In this document: positions 1-7,522 of the stretch, piece by piece
Numbering within the stretch: the first letter of the stretch is position 1
Layout: the number at the start of each line of letters is the position of its first letter
DNA from: an uncultured virus (IMG/VR IMGVR_UViG_3300020044_003647)
Lineage: Duplodnaviria; Heunggongvirae; Uroviricota; Caudoviricetes
Length of the DNA stretch: 64,000 nucleotides
Reading direction: 5' to 3' (one strand)
Virus record (IMG/VR): IMGVR_UViG_3300020044_003647
Translations under genes and position numbers: made by a program
Notes under the pieces: generated by a model
Databases searched by the model: none
Told to the model about the DNA's origin: nothing
What the model saw: only the letters and a program-made list of their open reading frames with translations

Positions 1-193
1 AATGCTCTAAATTTTGCCTCAACTGGATTGAAAGTAATTTAGCGAATAAAAGATTATCGTTCGCAATACTTTTATCCTGCTCATCGATACTGTTTGCAAT
101 TAACTTTAATGCGTTAACATCCTCTTGGTAAACTTTGCTTCGCTTAAATACGTTGTAAATTCGCTTAAGTGCGTTATCTTCTCTCCAGCTCAT
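1..193 (-). CDS. Hypothetical protein, truncated by window edge; homologue of 30221..30718
   Basis: MSWREDNALKRIYNVFKRSKVYQEDV matches MSWKEDNAIKRIYNVFKRSKVYQEDV. Confidence 0.8.
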   Translation of the reverse strand, partial: MSWREDNALKRIYNVFKRSKVYQEDVNALKLIANSIDEQDKSIANDNLLFAKLLSIQLRQNLEH

Positions 194-846
194 ATTCGTA
201 ATGGTATATGGTTATCTTTTGGCTTTTGTTCCTTTTCAATGTATGCTAATGTTTGAAGCAAAGCAGATTTCCAATTTTTAATAGGTTTATCATTTCCGTT
301 TTTCCAACCATTAACAACCCAAGCATCGTACTTGTGCTTTAATGCAGATATTTTTACACTTGGTTCTTTTTCTTTACCGTAGGCTAAAAACAAATCCCAA
401 GTAGGTATATTAATATCTTCTTTTATCTTATCTTCTTTTATCTTATCTTCTCTTATGGCATCGTTTTCGCATTGCGAAATTAATGCGGTCGCATTGCGCT
501 CGCTTAAATCCTTTTGTTTACGGCGTTTTATCCAACCATCTTTTGCATTTTTACTATTTTGTTTGCTAGTATCTTCAAATTCATTTAGTTGTTCAGATAA
601 GAATTTTATAAAAATATTACCATCAATAACCTCTATTATTTTTTCATCGCAAAGCGAATTTAATGCGGTCGCATTGCCAGCGCATAACTTTTGAATCGCT
701 AATTTTAAAGGTATATCTCCAAGCCTGGACCAATACATACTGCATAAGTCAATAAACAATCCTTTATCTTCTCTTGATAACATTTGAATATTTCCGTTAT
801 CCCATTGATTTGGCTCAAATTTAAAGTAAGGAAGTTCTTTAGCCAT
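190..846 (-). CDS. Putative replication initiator / replisome organiser (DUF1376/YdaU-like N-terminus)
   Basis: LPYFKF..W N-terminus, internal EDKIK repeats and DNA repeats. C-terminal domain is nearly identical to 30715..31308. Confidence 0.65.
   Translation of the reverse strand: MAKELPYFKFEPNQWDNGNIQMLSREDKGLFIDLCSMYWSRLGDIPLKLAIQKLCAGNATALNSLCDEKIIEVIDGNIFIKFLSEQLNEFEDTSKQNSKNAKDGWIKRRKQKDLSERNATALISQCENDAIREDKIKEDKIKEDINIPTWDLFLAYGKEKEPSVKISALKHKYDAWVVNGWKNGNDKPIKNWKSALLQTLAYIEKEQKPKDNHIPLRI
481..677. repeat. Two copies of the quasi-palindrome TAATGCGGTCGCATTGC; candidate origin iterons
   Basis: Exact 17-bp repeats at 481-497 and 661-677 inside the initiator gene. Confidence 0.55.
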
Positions 847-1060
847 TTAATACCTCACTTTCTAAAAATCCTATTTGCTTTTTTAATTCACGAACTAAAC
901 TAACAGCAGTTGCTTTGTCAAAACAAATCCAAGAACCTGGACAACTAAACATATCAATTCCGATATAAATATTATTTTTTGAGTTTGCAAACAATACTAA
1001 TTCGTGTTGATCTGTTTTGCTTTCTTCAGTACCACTAAAAACAATTTTAACATTTGCCAT
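839..1060 (-). CDS. Hypothetical protein, copy A only
   Basis: ORF coupled to the initiator; absent at the equivalent position in B. Confidence 0.65.
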   Translation of the reverse strand: MANVKIVFSGTEESKTDQHELVLFANSKNNIYIGIDMFSCPGSWICFDKATAVSLVRELKKQIGFLESEVLNG

Positions 1061-1105
1061 AATATAACGGTTTAAAGATTACCGATAACTATTTAATTAA
1101 ACAAA

Positions 1106-1208
1106 AAACTCCCATAAATCCACCGCTTCTGACTTCGGTTTCATTATAGGAGTTTATGTAAGTCCTTTAAGTTGGTATAATGTCAGAAGCCAACTATTAC
1201 GCAAATAT
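1106..1208 (-). ncRNA. Promoter plus two-hairpin kissing-loop leader RNA (type 1)
   Basis: TATATTTG box, then a hairpin with loop CUUCUGAC, then a long hairpin with loop GUCAGAAG, then a U-run. Co-varies with 31328..31429. Confidence 0.7.
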
Positions 1209-1227
1209 AAAAATAAATTCTAAATAA

Positions 1228-1668
1228 TCAATCTAAATTCAATAAAATTTCTTCATTAGGATTTGGAATGTCAACTCCTAAAAATTCCGCACTCCATTTC
1301 TGAACTTCCAAAACATATTCCATAAACTGAACCGTACTCATTTCGCTAGAACTAATTTTCTCCGATAGCACTTGACCGGTATCGATATTTACAATCTCAT
1401 TACTAGGGGAAAACAATGGAAGCAATATTCCGTAGTGAATCGAATCCGCACTCCTAAACTCGCCCGTAGCATCTTTTAATCCACTTTGTACAATGGGAAT
1501 AACAACGCCCCAATAATATGAGTTTTGATTGTTAGATCGGCTCTTTTTTAGTTTCTCAATAGTAATAACAATGTTCTTACCCTCAAACTCTGCAATCGCT
1601 TGTTTAACTTGCTCTCGGTTGCGTTTAAGATTTTCGTTTTCTACGCTGGATATTATTTTGTGTTTCAT
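1228..1668 (-). CDS. NinB/YbcN-like recombination-associated protein
   Basis: RSNNQNSYYWG and SSSEMSTVQF motifs; located in the recombination module. Confidence 0.55.
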   Translation of the reverse strand: MKHKIISSVENENLKRNREQVKQAIAEFEGKNIVITIEKLKKSRSNNQNSYYWGVVIPIVQSGLKDATGEFRSADSIHYGILLPLFSPSNEIVNIDTGQVLSEKISSSEMSTVQFMEYVLEVQKWSAEFLGVDIPNPNEEILLNLD

Positions 1669-1678
1669 AAAATAAATT

Positions 1679-1700
1679 ACGCCCCGAATTAACGAGGCGT
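1679..1700 (-). terminator. Intergenic hairpin downstream of the SSB-like gene
   Basis: ACGCCTCG-ttaatt-CGGGGCGT on the minus strand; identical in copy B near 32377-32398. Confidence 0.45.
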
Positions 1701-1707
1701 TTTTTAA

Positions 1708-1995
1708 TTAGAATGGTAGATCATCTGTTTCAGGTACATCAGCAGATTCAACTTGTGCCTCCATCGGAGTTGATTCTTTCATATTTCCAAAATAGAACTT
1801 GTCCTCTTTTGTTGCTCCTTTAAAGTTTGATTGAAAGGAAGCGATGTTTCCAAATTTATCAACTTCATCGTTTACGTACATTCGCACGTTTAAATAAATT
1901 TTTCCGTTTTCGGATTTTGAAAAAGCCTTGTTTCCCGATTTTGCCTGCTCAATTAATTTACTAAAATCGATTGAACCATAATAAGACTGCGCCAT
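1708..1995 (-). CDS. Putative single-stranded DNA-binding protein
   Basis: Acidic C-terminal DDLPF tail; adjacent to the ERF recombinase. Confidence 0.6.
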   Translation of the reverse strand: MAQSYYGSIDFSKLIEQAKSGNKAFSKSENGKIYLNVRMYVNDEVDKFGNIASFQSNFKGATKEDKFYFGNMKESTPMEAQVESADVPETDDLPF

Positions 1996-2005
1996 AAATA
2001 AAAAA

Positions 2006-2500
2006 TTAAAGATTAATAAAAATTGTTTCTTGTTGTTGTGTTATGTTGTATTTGGTTTTTACTTGATCCAATGAAAAGCCACCATCCTTTGCCTTTTTAA
2101 GTATTTCAGTTGTAGCGTTTGGTTTTGGCTCTACTGCCTTTTGCCCATCGTCATCATCTGCGCCAACGCAAACAAATGATTGAAGCGAATATCTACGAGC
2201 GTAACTTATTCCACTGCCTTGCGCTTGTGCATCGTTTATTTTATTGTAAACTATTTCGGTAAGTGATTCCATCATTTCGCCAGTTTCGTGCAGCAATATA
2301 GTTTTAACAAAGTTTTTGCCATCCACGTGAACAATCGGCTGCAGGACCGAAATACCGTTTGCGTTTAGCGTTGGTATTACTGCCTCCCGGATTGCGTTTA
2401 AATCTGCGTACTTCTTTTTAAAAAAAGGATTTTCAGCTTGTTTTTTTGGGTTGCTCATTTCTGACTGTGCTTTTAATAAAGCGGTTGCAATGTTTTTCAT
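2006..2500 (-). CDS. ERF-family single-strand annealing recombinase
   Basis: NPFFKKKYADL...QAQGSGISYARRYSL...DDDG signature. Confidence 0.85.
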   Translation of the reverse strand: MKNIATALLKAQSEMSNPKKQAENPFFKKKYADLNAIREAVIPTLNANGISVLQPIVHVDGKNFVKTILLHETGEMMESLTEIVYNKINDAQAQGSGISYARRYSLQSFVCVGADDDDGQKAVEPKPNATTEILKKAKDGGFSLDQVKTKYNITQQQETIFINL

Positions 2501-2529
2501 AAGATAAGATATTAAGATTAATTATTGAT

Positions 2530-2973
2530 TTAAAATGATATTGCCAAACTGCTTTTGCGAGGCGTTGTACTAACTTTAGGCACTTGAACTCCTGCCGCAT
2601 CGTATATTTCGTTTTGCGATTTTAAAGCTAACTTTAGTAAGTCCTCACGTTCTTTAAGTTCTCGATTAATGTCGCTCCACACTTCGCAGTCTTTGTAATT
2701 AATTGTTTCGCCACCACTTCTAAATGTGCCTTTAAGTCCAAACGCTTCAAAGTTTTCTTGCGGAAGTACTTTTAAAAGTTCAGCGTTAATTACTTCCAAC
2801 GCTTCGCCCATTCGTTTGGCTTGTGCTAGTAGTTCAAATTTGTCTGTTTCTCCAGCATCTAACAAATCTTTAATGAATGTTTGTGCCGAGAACTGGATTT
2901 CTTTTTTGTTTGGTAAGAAATTGCTTGTTTGAATTTCTTGCTCTCTCATTAACTGGAATAAATCTTTGCTCAT
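2530..2973 (-). CDS. Conserved phage hypothetical protein
   Basis: Homologue at 33226..33669. Confidence 0.75.
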   Translation of the reverse strand: MSKDLFQLMREQEIQTSNFLPNKKEIQFSAQTFIKDLLDAGETDKFELLAQAKRMGEALEVINAELLKVLPQENFEAFGLKGTFRSGGETINYKDCEVWSDINRELKEREDLLKLALKSQNEIYDAAGVQVPKVSTTPRKSSLAISF

Positions 2974-2990
2974 AATGTTTAAATTAAAAA

Positions 2991-3083
2991 ATCCTAACTT
3001 AAATCCTATTGGTCAGAATAGGCAAAATTAGGATCGATTATAATTTTTGTTTCAATCTCTGACCAGATTGTTTTGCAAATGTA
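2991..3083 (-). ncRNA. Promoter plus two-hairpin kissing-loop leader RNA (type 2)
   Basis: TACATTTG box; CAAUCU-GGUCAG-AGAUUG; then AUCCUAA..CCUAUU-CUGACC-AAUAGG..UUAGGAU and a U-run. Confidence 0.7.
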
Positions 3084-3088
3084 ATTAA

Positions 3089-4190
3089 TTACATATTACC
3101 ATCAAAATTTTTTCGAATAATTGTGTCGATTTTTTTACTTATATCGTTAAAATAAGTCGTTTTTAGAATAGTGTCGGTTGTTGCTAACTCGTTATTCATT
3201 TCCTCAAACAAAGCGATTAAGTCTAACCTTGCCTTTTTCATCTTTGGAGTTGTAGCTTGTAACTCGTCTAAGTTTTCTAACATCAAATGCGATAGGCATA
3301 CCAGCTTGTGCATCAATTGGTCTTTACGTTTACTCATAATTCATTTTGCTAAAAGTCAATAGAAATTTATCTTTTCCCTCTGTGATGTATATTTCTTGTA
3401 GGTACTCTTGATTTGTAAAGGAAACGTAACCGCTATGATTGATTCCTAACCGCACTAATTTAGCATCTAGTAAGTGTCTAGGTATTCCAGACTTTTCGGA
3501 GAACGCTCGTGTGGTGCTGTGGGTTTCTGTTTGTGATATTACTAGCATAGTTCATCGGTGTTATCTTCTTTTCCCTCTTGCCAATTTACTTCCCAATCTT
3601 CAACGATTGAACTCACGTTAGTGAAAGTAAAGTAAAAGAACACGCAGTAAAATAGAATAAAAAACGCTACTGCTCCTGCTAGGAATGGGTGCAAATCTAT
3701 AAAGTTGAATAAGTCTTTCATTAGAATAAGTTGTTTAGTTGCTTAATAGGGTTTTGAAATATCTCGTCAAAGACTTTAGTAGCTTGGTCTAGTTGTGGAG
3801 TGTTTAATACTTCCGCATCGTTTACTTCCCAATCGTTAAGTAAAGACTGCATTAAGTCTTTAGCTTGTCTTAGTTCGTTCTCTAGATAAGCATTTCTAGT
3901 TCTTAATGCTTCTATTTGCTCCGCTTGAAATTTAATTAAATCATTCATTATTCTATGTCTTTTAAAAGGTTTGATATTATTGTTGCTAATCCGTTATTGT
4001 CGTACATTCCATCCGCTAGAAATTTAATCTCTTTAATGTAAACCTCTAAGGTAATTGCTTTTTTCATCCACTCCATTTTTTCATTAAATAAAGTGTTTGC
4101 TAGTTCTTCATAACAGTCAACATTATTGTCAACTTGGTTCGCTGGGTGGCTACTGTTGCCAACTCCTAATACTTGGTCATCGTAATTCAT
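3089..4190 (-). CDS. Cluster of small early genes (3089-3337, 3330-3548, 3542-3721 membrane peptide, 3721-3948, 3948-4190)
   Basis: Translationally coupled ORFs with homologues at 36063-37405. Confidence 0.7.
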
Positions 4191-4218
4191 AATATTTGTT
4201 TTTTAAAGTTTGATAGGG

Positions 4219-4281
4219 CAAATGTAAAATAAAAAAGTTAATAAAAAAATTTTTTTATATAAAAGTTTATTTGTAGGTTTG
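4219..4281. promoter_or_regulatory. Divergent Bacteroidota primary-sigma promoters around an 18-bp A/T palindrome
   Basis: TACATTTG (minus, 4219-4226) and TAGGTTTG (plus, 4274-4281) match the TAnnTTTG -7 box. ATAAAAAAATTTTTTTAT lies at 4241-4258. Conserved at 37942-38004. Confidence 0.7.
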
Positions 4282-4300
4282 CAAATGTAAGTAGGTTAAT

Positions 4301-4437
4301 GGCTTATAACGAAAAAGCATATATGCAGTGTGGGAATAAGAAACCTAAATTTTAAATTATGCAAAAAAGTTTATTTGAAATCCAAAACATTGATAAAACA
4401 CAAAAGCCCACATTGCTTATATGCAGTGTTAGTGGCA
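4301..4437. repeat. attC-like imperfect inverted repeat (candidate recombination site)
   Basis: TTATAAC ... GCATATATGCAGTGTGGG (4317-4334) / CCCACATTGCTTATATGC (4407-4424) ... GTTAGTGGCA. Confidence 0.6.
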
Positions 4438-5063
4438 GTTTTTCTTCCATTACGTATAAACAATCGGTTGATTTTTTATTACCTCGCCATTATTCAGGTA
4501 GGAAACCGAGTATTACTTTTTCTTTTGGTTACTTTGAAAATAACGAATTGAAAGCAGTATGCACATTTGGAAAACCTGCAAGTAATAGTTTATGTATTGG
4601 AGTTTGTGGCAAAGAATATAGCGAAAAGGTATTTGAATTAAACCGCCTTTGCGTTGATGGAGAAATCGAAATACAACTATCAAAGTTTGTAGCTTGGTGT
4701 TTAAATGAATTGAAAGTAAAAGATTTAATATTAGTGTCTTATGCTGATAGCCAAATGAACCATAACGGATATATTTACCAAGCTACAAATTGGATTTATA
4801 CTGGAATGACAAAAGCAAGAACTGATAAATATGTAGAAGGTGGTAAACATTCAAGGCATTACGATAATGAAAAACAAAACGGTTTAAGAAAATACCGAAG
4901 TGCTAAACACCGATACATTTATTTTGCAACAAGTAAAACCAAAAGAAAAGATTATATGAAAAAATTAAATTACGGAATTGAACCTTATCCAAAAGGCGAG
5001 AATAAAAAATACGAACTTGGTACATTTATCGAACCGATTGTTATTAGCACTGTCGTTTCTTAA
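4359..5063 (+). CDS. Mom-like (GNAT-fold) DNA adenine modification protein
   Basis: RHYSGR, GKPAS, ELNRL and LVSYAD..NHNGYIYQATNWIYTG motifs typical of Mu Mom homologues. Confidence 0.75.
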   Translation: MQKSLFEIQNIDKTQKPTLLICSVSGSFSSITYKQSVDFLLPRHYSGRKPSITFSFGYFENNELKAVCTFGKPASNSLCIGVCGKEYSEKVFELNRLCVDGEIEIQLSKFVAWCLNELKVKDLILVSYADSQMNHNGYIYQATNWIYTGMTKARTDKYVEGGKHSRHYDNEKQNGLRKYRSAKHRYIYFATSKTKRKDYMKKLNYGIEPYPKGENKKYELGTFIEPIVISTVVS

Positions 5064-5129
5064 AATTGCCACTAACTCGTGGCTACGACTGATAAATTGC
5101 GACCTATCACGCCAAAACAACAAAAAAGG

Positions 5130-5339
5130 ATGAAAATAACCCACATTAACACTATCCAAAATCCGAAGTTTATAATAGTTCGCCACTATGATAATTCTAT
5201 TGTAACTTTGCCATCTGAATTTAGAGTAGTTGAACAGGATGCAATCGGTTGCTGGCGTGTGCGAATTATCGATAAAATACCAAAAGAATATAAACAACTA
5301 AATAATACAGTATGGCTGGCAGACCAAAAAAAGGAATAG
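5130..5339 (+). CDS. Hypothetical protein (start revised to ATG 5130)
   Basis: Homologue 38062..38274 starts at the equivalent position. Confidence 0.7.
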   Translation: MKITHINTIQNPKFIIVRHYDNSIVTLPSEFRVVEQDAIGCWRVRIIDKIPKEYKQLNNTVWLADQKKE

Positions 5340-5461
5340 AAAAAAGAGTAGCGTATAACGGTAAACTTGAGAAGTATAAGATTGAAGTGATCGGAGGTAC
5401 AAAAGAATGCAACCGATTGGCTTACGATTATTTAACTAAAAAATACAATGAAAGAAAATAA
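5312..5461 (+). CDS. 49-aa basic protein starting MAGRPKKG; candidate DNA-binding regulator
   Basis: Conserved at 38247..38396 with mostly synonymous changes. Confidence 0.65.
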   Translation: MAGRPKKGIEKRVAYNGKLEKYKIEVIGGTKECNRLAYDYLTKKYNERK

Positions 5462-5531
5462 CGAGGATATTGTGCTTTTAATAGTTATGCTTTTACTAGC
5501 GATAACTTATGGCGTTTTAGTTTGTTGGTAA
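5448..5531 (+). CDS. 27-aa single-transmembrane peptide
   Basis: MKENNEDIVLLIVMLLLAITYGVLVCW; conserved at 38383..38466. Confidence 0.55.
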   Translation: MKENNEDIVLLIVMLLLAITYGVLVCW

Positions 5532-5555
5532 TTAAAATAAATTACTACATTTGCC

Positions 5556-5614
5556 TTTCATAATGTTTGATGTTTGATAATTAGAAAAGCCACTATTCAT
5601 CTAGTGGCTTTTTT
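5556..5614 (+). ncRNA. Candidate ~60-nt small RNA
   Basis: TACATTTG box at 5546-5553, then a conserved non-coding tract and an intrinsic terminator. Conserved at ~38490-38548. Confidence 0.55.
5585..5614. terminator. Bidirectional intrinsic terminator
   Basis: AAAAGCCACTA-ttcatc-TAGTGGCTTTTTT between convergent operons. Confidence 0.8.
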
Positions 5615-5715
5615 ATATCATCCTCAATCGGTGGTATTCCTTTCCATTTGTTGACGGCTTTCTCAACTCGCACCCAATCACTACCCTTTTTTATCCATTC
5701 ATATTGAGGTATCAA
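5593..5715 (-). CDS. 40-aa Trp/Lys-rich peptide, last gene of the lysis operon (TTG start)
   Basis: ..YEWIKKGSDWVRV..NKWKGIPPIED; conserved at 38527..38649 with synonymous changes. Confidence 0.6.
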   Translation of the reverse strand: MIPQYEWIKKGSDWVRVEKAVNKWKGIPPIEDDIKKPLDE

Positions 5716-6215
5716 AGCAAGGGAAATTTAATATAGCCTTTATAGTATCGATAGGCTAAATAACAAGCTAGAATAATCAACAGCCACAACCACCAGAGTT
5801 GAAGTATAAAAGTACTCCAATTAAATTGCTCCTTATAAACTATCTTACTGCTTTCAATCTTATTTACTTCAATCTCGTTTGTGAGTGAATCAACTACGAT
5901 TTTAGACACGCTTTTCTCATTTACAACTATTGTATTGTCTTTTCTTTTTTTGTGGCTTAAACGAGCGTTTTTGTAACGAGTTACTTTTCCCTCGTTGTTT
6001 ATTATTTCAATAGGTTTAGTACTATCAACTGCTTCGATAATTATTTCCTCTGTTGCCACGTCGAATTTAATTGAAGTGCTATCTGTGGAAGTGCTGTCGG
6101 TTTTGATTACTTGTGTTGCAACCGATGTTGAATCGGTTTTCTTTTGCTCTTTGTTGAGTGTTTTTGCTCCGCAGCTAATAAGTAGTAGTGCAAATAGTAT
6201 TGATGTTAGTTTCAT
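5712..6215 (-). CDS. Lipoprotein with C-terminal TM helix; candidate unimolecular spanin
   Basis: Lipobox LLISC, C-terminal hydrophobic helix, located in the lysis module. Confidence 0.6.
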   Translation of the reverse strand: MKLTSILFALLLISCGAKTLNKEQKKTDSTSVATQVIKTDSTSTDSTSIKFDVATEEIIIEAVDSTKPIEIINNEGKVTRYKNARLSHKKRKDNTIVVNEKSVSKIVVDSLTNEIEVNKIESSKIVYKEQFNWSTFILQLWWLWLLIILACYLAYRYYKGYIKFPLL

Positions 6216-6331
6216 TTCAATTTAGTTTTAATTATTTTACGATATACTTCGTTTACAAATTCTCTATTTTGACCTCTTGAATAATAGAAATTCATTACTC
6301 TTTTTATTCTTTGGTATGGCGTTTGGCTCAT
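6212..6331 (-). CDS. 39-aa hypothetical peptide, copy A only
   Basis: MSQTPYQRIKRV...; fills the gap and overlaps the next start (ATGA). Confidence 0.45.
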   Translation of the reverse strand: MSQTPYQRIKRVMNFYYSRGQNREFVNEVYRKIIKTKLK

Positions 6332-6332
6332 A

Positions 6333-7484
6333 TTAAAATAAATGTGTTAAACCTTGTAATTGTCCGTGATTAAAATCGTGTATAAATCCCTCAACTGCCT
6401 TTGGCGAGTGCTGGTATCCATTTCTGTGATGCCAACTATCTGTGCCACTAGGAGAACGTAAAGCCTCAACACATACACTCATATAATCTTTACTTATCTT
6501 ATGATGGAAATGATGAATATAAAAATACCTATGGCTACAATCTTGCCAGTCTTTACTTTCGTGCGCCATTAGTAAAGCCAAATCAGTTTCTTTTGCGCCA
6601 TCTCCGTGAGTAGTGCCTACAATGTTATTACCATATCTGTAATACTTACGATGTGAAATGCTACAATCAAAGGTAACGTTTTTACAATCTTTAAAATGCG
6701 TTTGTATTATTTGCGCTAAAAAGAATCCATTTGTATAATCGTGATTGCTAGGATTAAATACTACGTGAACATCCGCTACTTGCATCATCATTTCAATAAT
6801 ATCTACATAAAGCTGTTTGGCAATCATAAAATTTTCAAACCACATACCGTCTGTATCTTGTGGTGTTCCGCTTGTTGTTGTTCTCTTTGCGTTATCTATG
6901 TGCAAAATATCGTTTCCTATAACAAATAATATCCTATCGATGCTATCTGTTGGTAGTTCGGCTAATAGTCCATTACAACCCTCTAAAACACGTCTAACTG
7001 CTATTTGATTGTTATAATCTTCTCCGCTTTCAAAAGCGTTACAAAGTTTTCCAATATGAATATCAGCAGGAGAAAACACAAATAGTCTTTTTTGTTGATT
7101 TTTAGACCTTTCAATCTTTGGGTATTTTGGAGTGTAGTCTTTTAGGTTGTCGATTAACTTTGTTCTTAGTTCCTCTAACTCCTTTTTATCTTGTTCAACG
7201 TAATTAGGATTTTTTACAAATAAAGAGGCTTCTTTATTCTTTACCCAAAGATGCTTAACGGTTGTATTGTCAATATCTAGGCTATTTGTAGCGTTGTAAA
7301 TGCCCTCGTGATTATCGCAAATTCTGTTTAGGTTTCTCTCGAGATATTTACTGAAAGATTTTTTGTCTGGTCCATTTAGATTATCATCTATTCGCCTTAT
7401 TATTTCAATCTTTTGTAATTTTTGTTCTGAATTATTAACTATTTCTAGTATTTTTTCATCGTAGATACTCCATTTTGATAGCAT
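6333..7484 (-). CDS. Calcineurin-like metallophosphoesterase
   Basis: DIHIG, GNDILH, NHD, HGD and HHFHH motifs. Start moved to ATG 7484, downstream of a TATATTTG promoter. Confidence 0.75.
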   Translation of the reverse strand: MLSKWSIYDEKILEIVNNSEQKLQKIEIIRRIDDNLNGPDKKSFSKYLERNLNRICDNHEGIYNATNSLDIDNTTVKHLWVKNKEASLFVKNPNYVEQDKKELEELRTKLIDNLKDYTPKYPKIERSKNQQKRLFVFSPADIHIGKLCNAFESGEDYNNQIAVRRVLEGCNGLLAELPTDSIDRILFVIGNDILHIDNAKRTTTSGTPQDTDGMWFENFMIAKQLYVDIIEMMMQVADVHVVFNPSNHDYTNGFFLAQIIQTHFKDCKNVTFDCSISHRKYYRYGNNIVGTTHGDGAKETDLALLMAHESKDWQDCSHRYFYIHHFHHKISKDYMSVCVEALRSPSGTDSWHHRNGYQHSPKAVEGFIHDFNHGQLQGLTHLF

Positions 7485-7522
7485 AATTTTGTTGTTTAGT
7501 TTCAACAAATATAACCTTTTAT

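Noticed and set aside
4330..5297. ORFs 4330..4551 (+) and 4965..5297 (-)
   Set aside because: They overlap the Mom-like gene out of frame or antisense and have no counterpart in copy B.
5532..5561. TCATAAT in the sRNA candidate as merely the start of a minus-strand gene
   Set aside because: The resulting ORFs are 9 codons in A and 19 codons in B and are not conserved.
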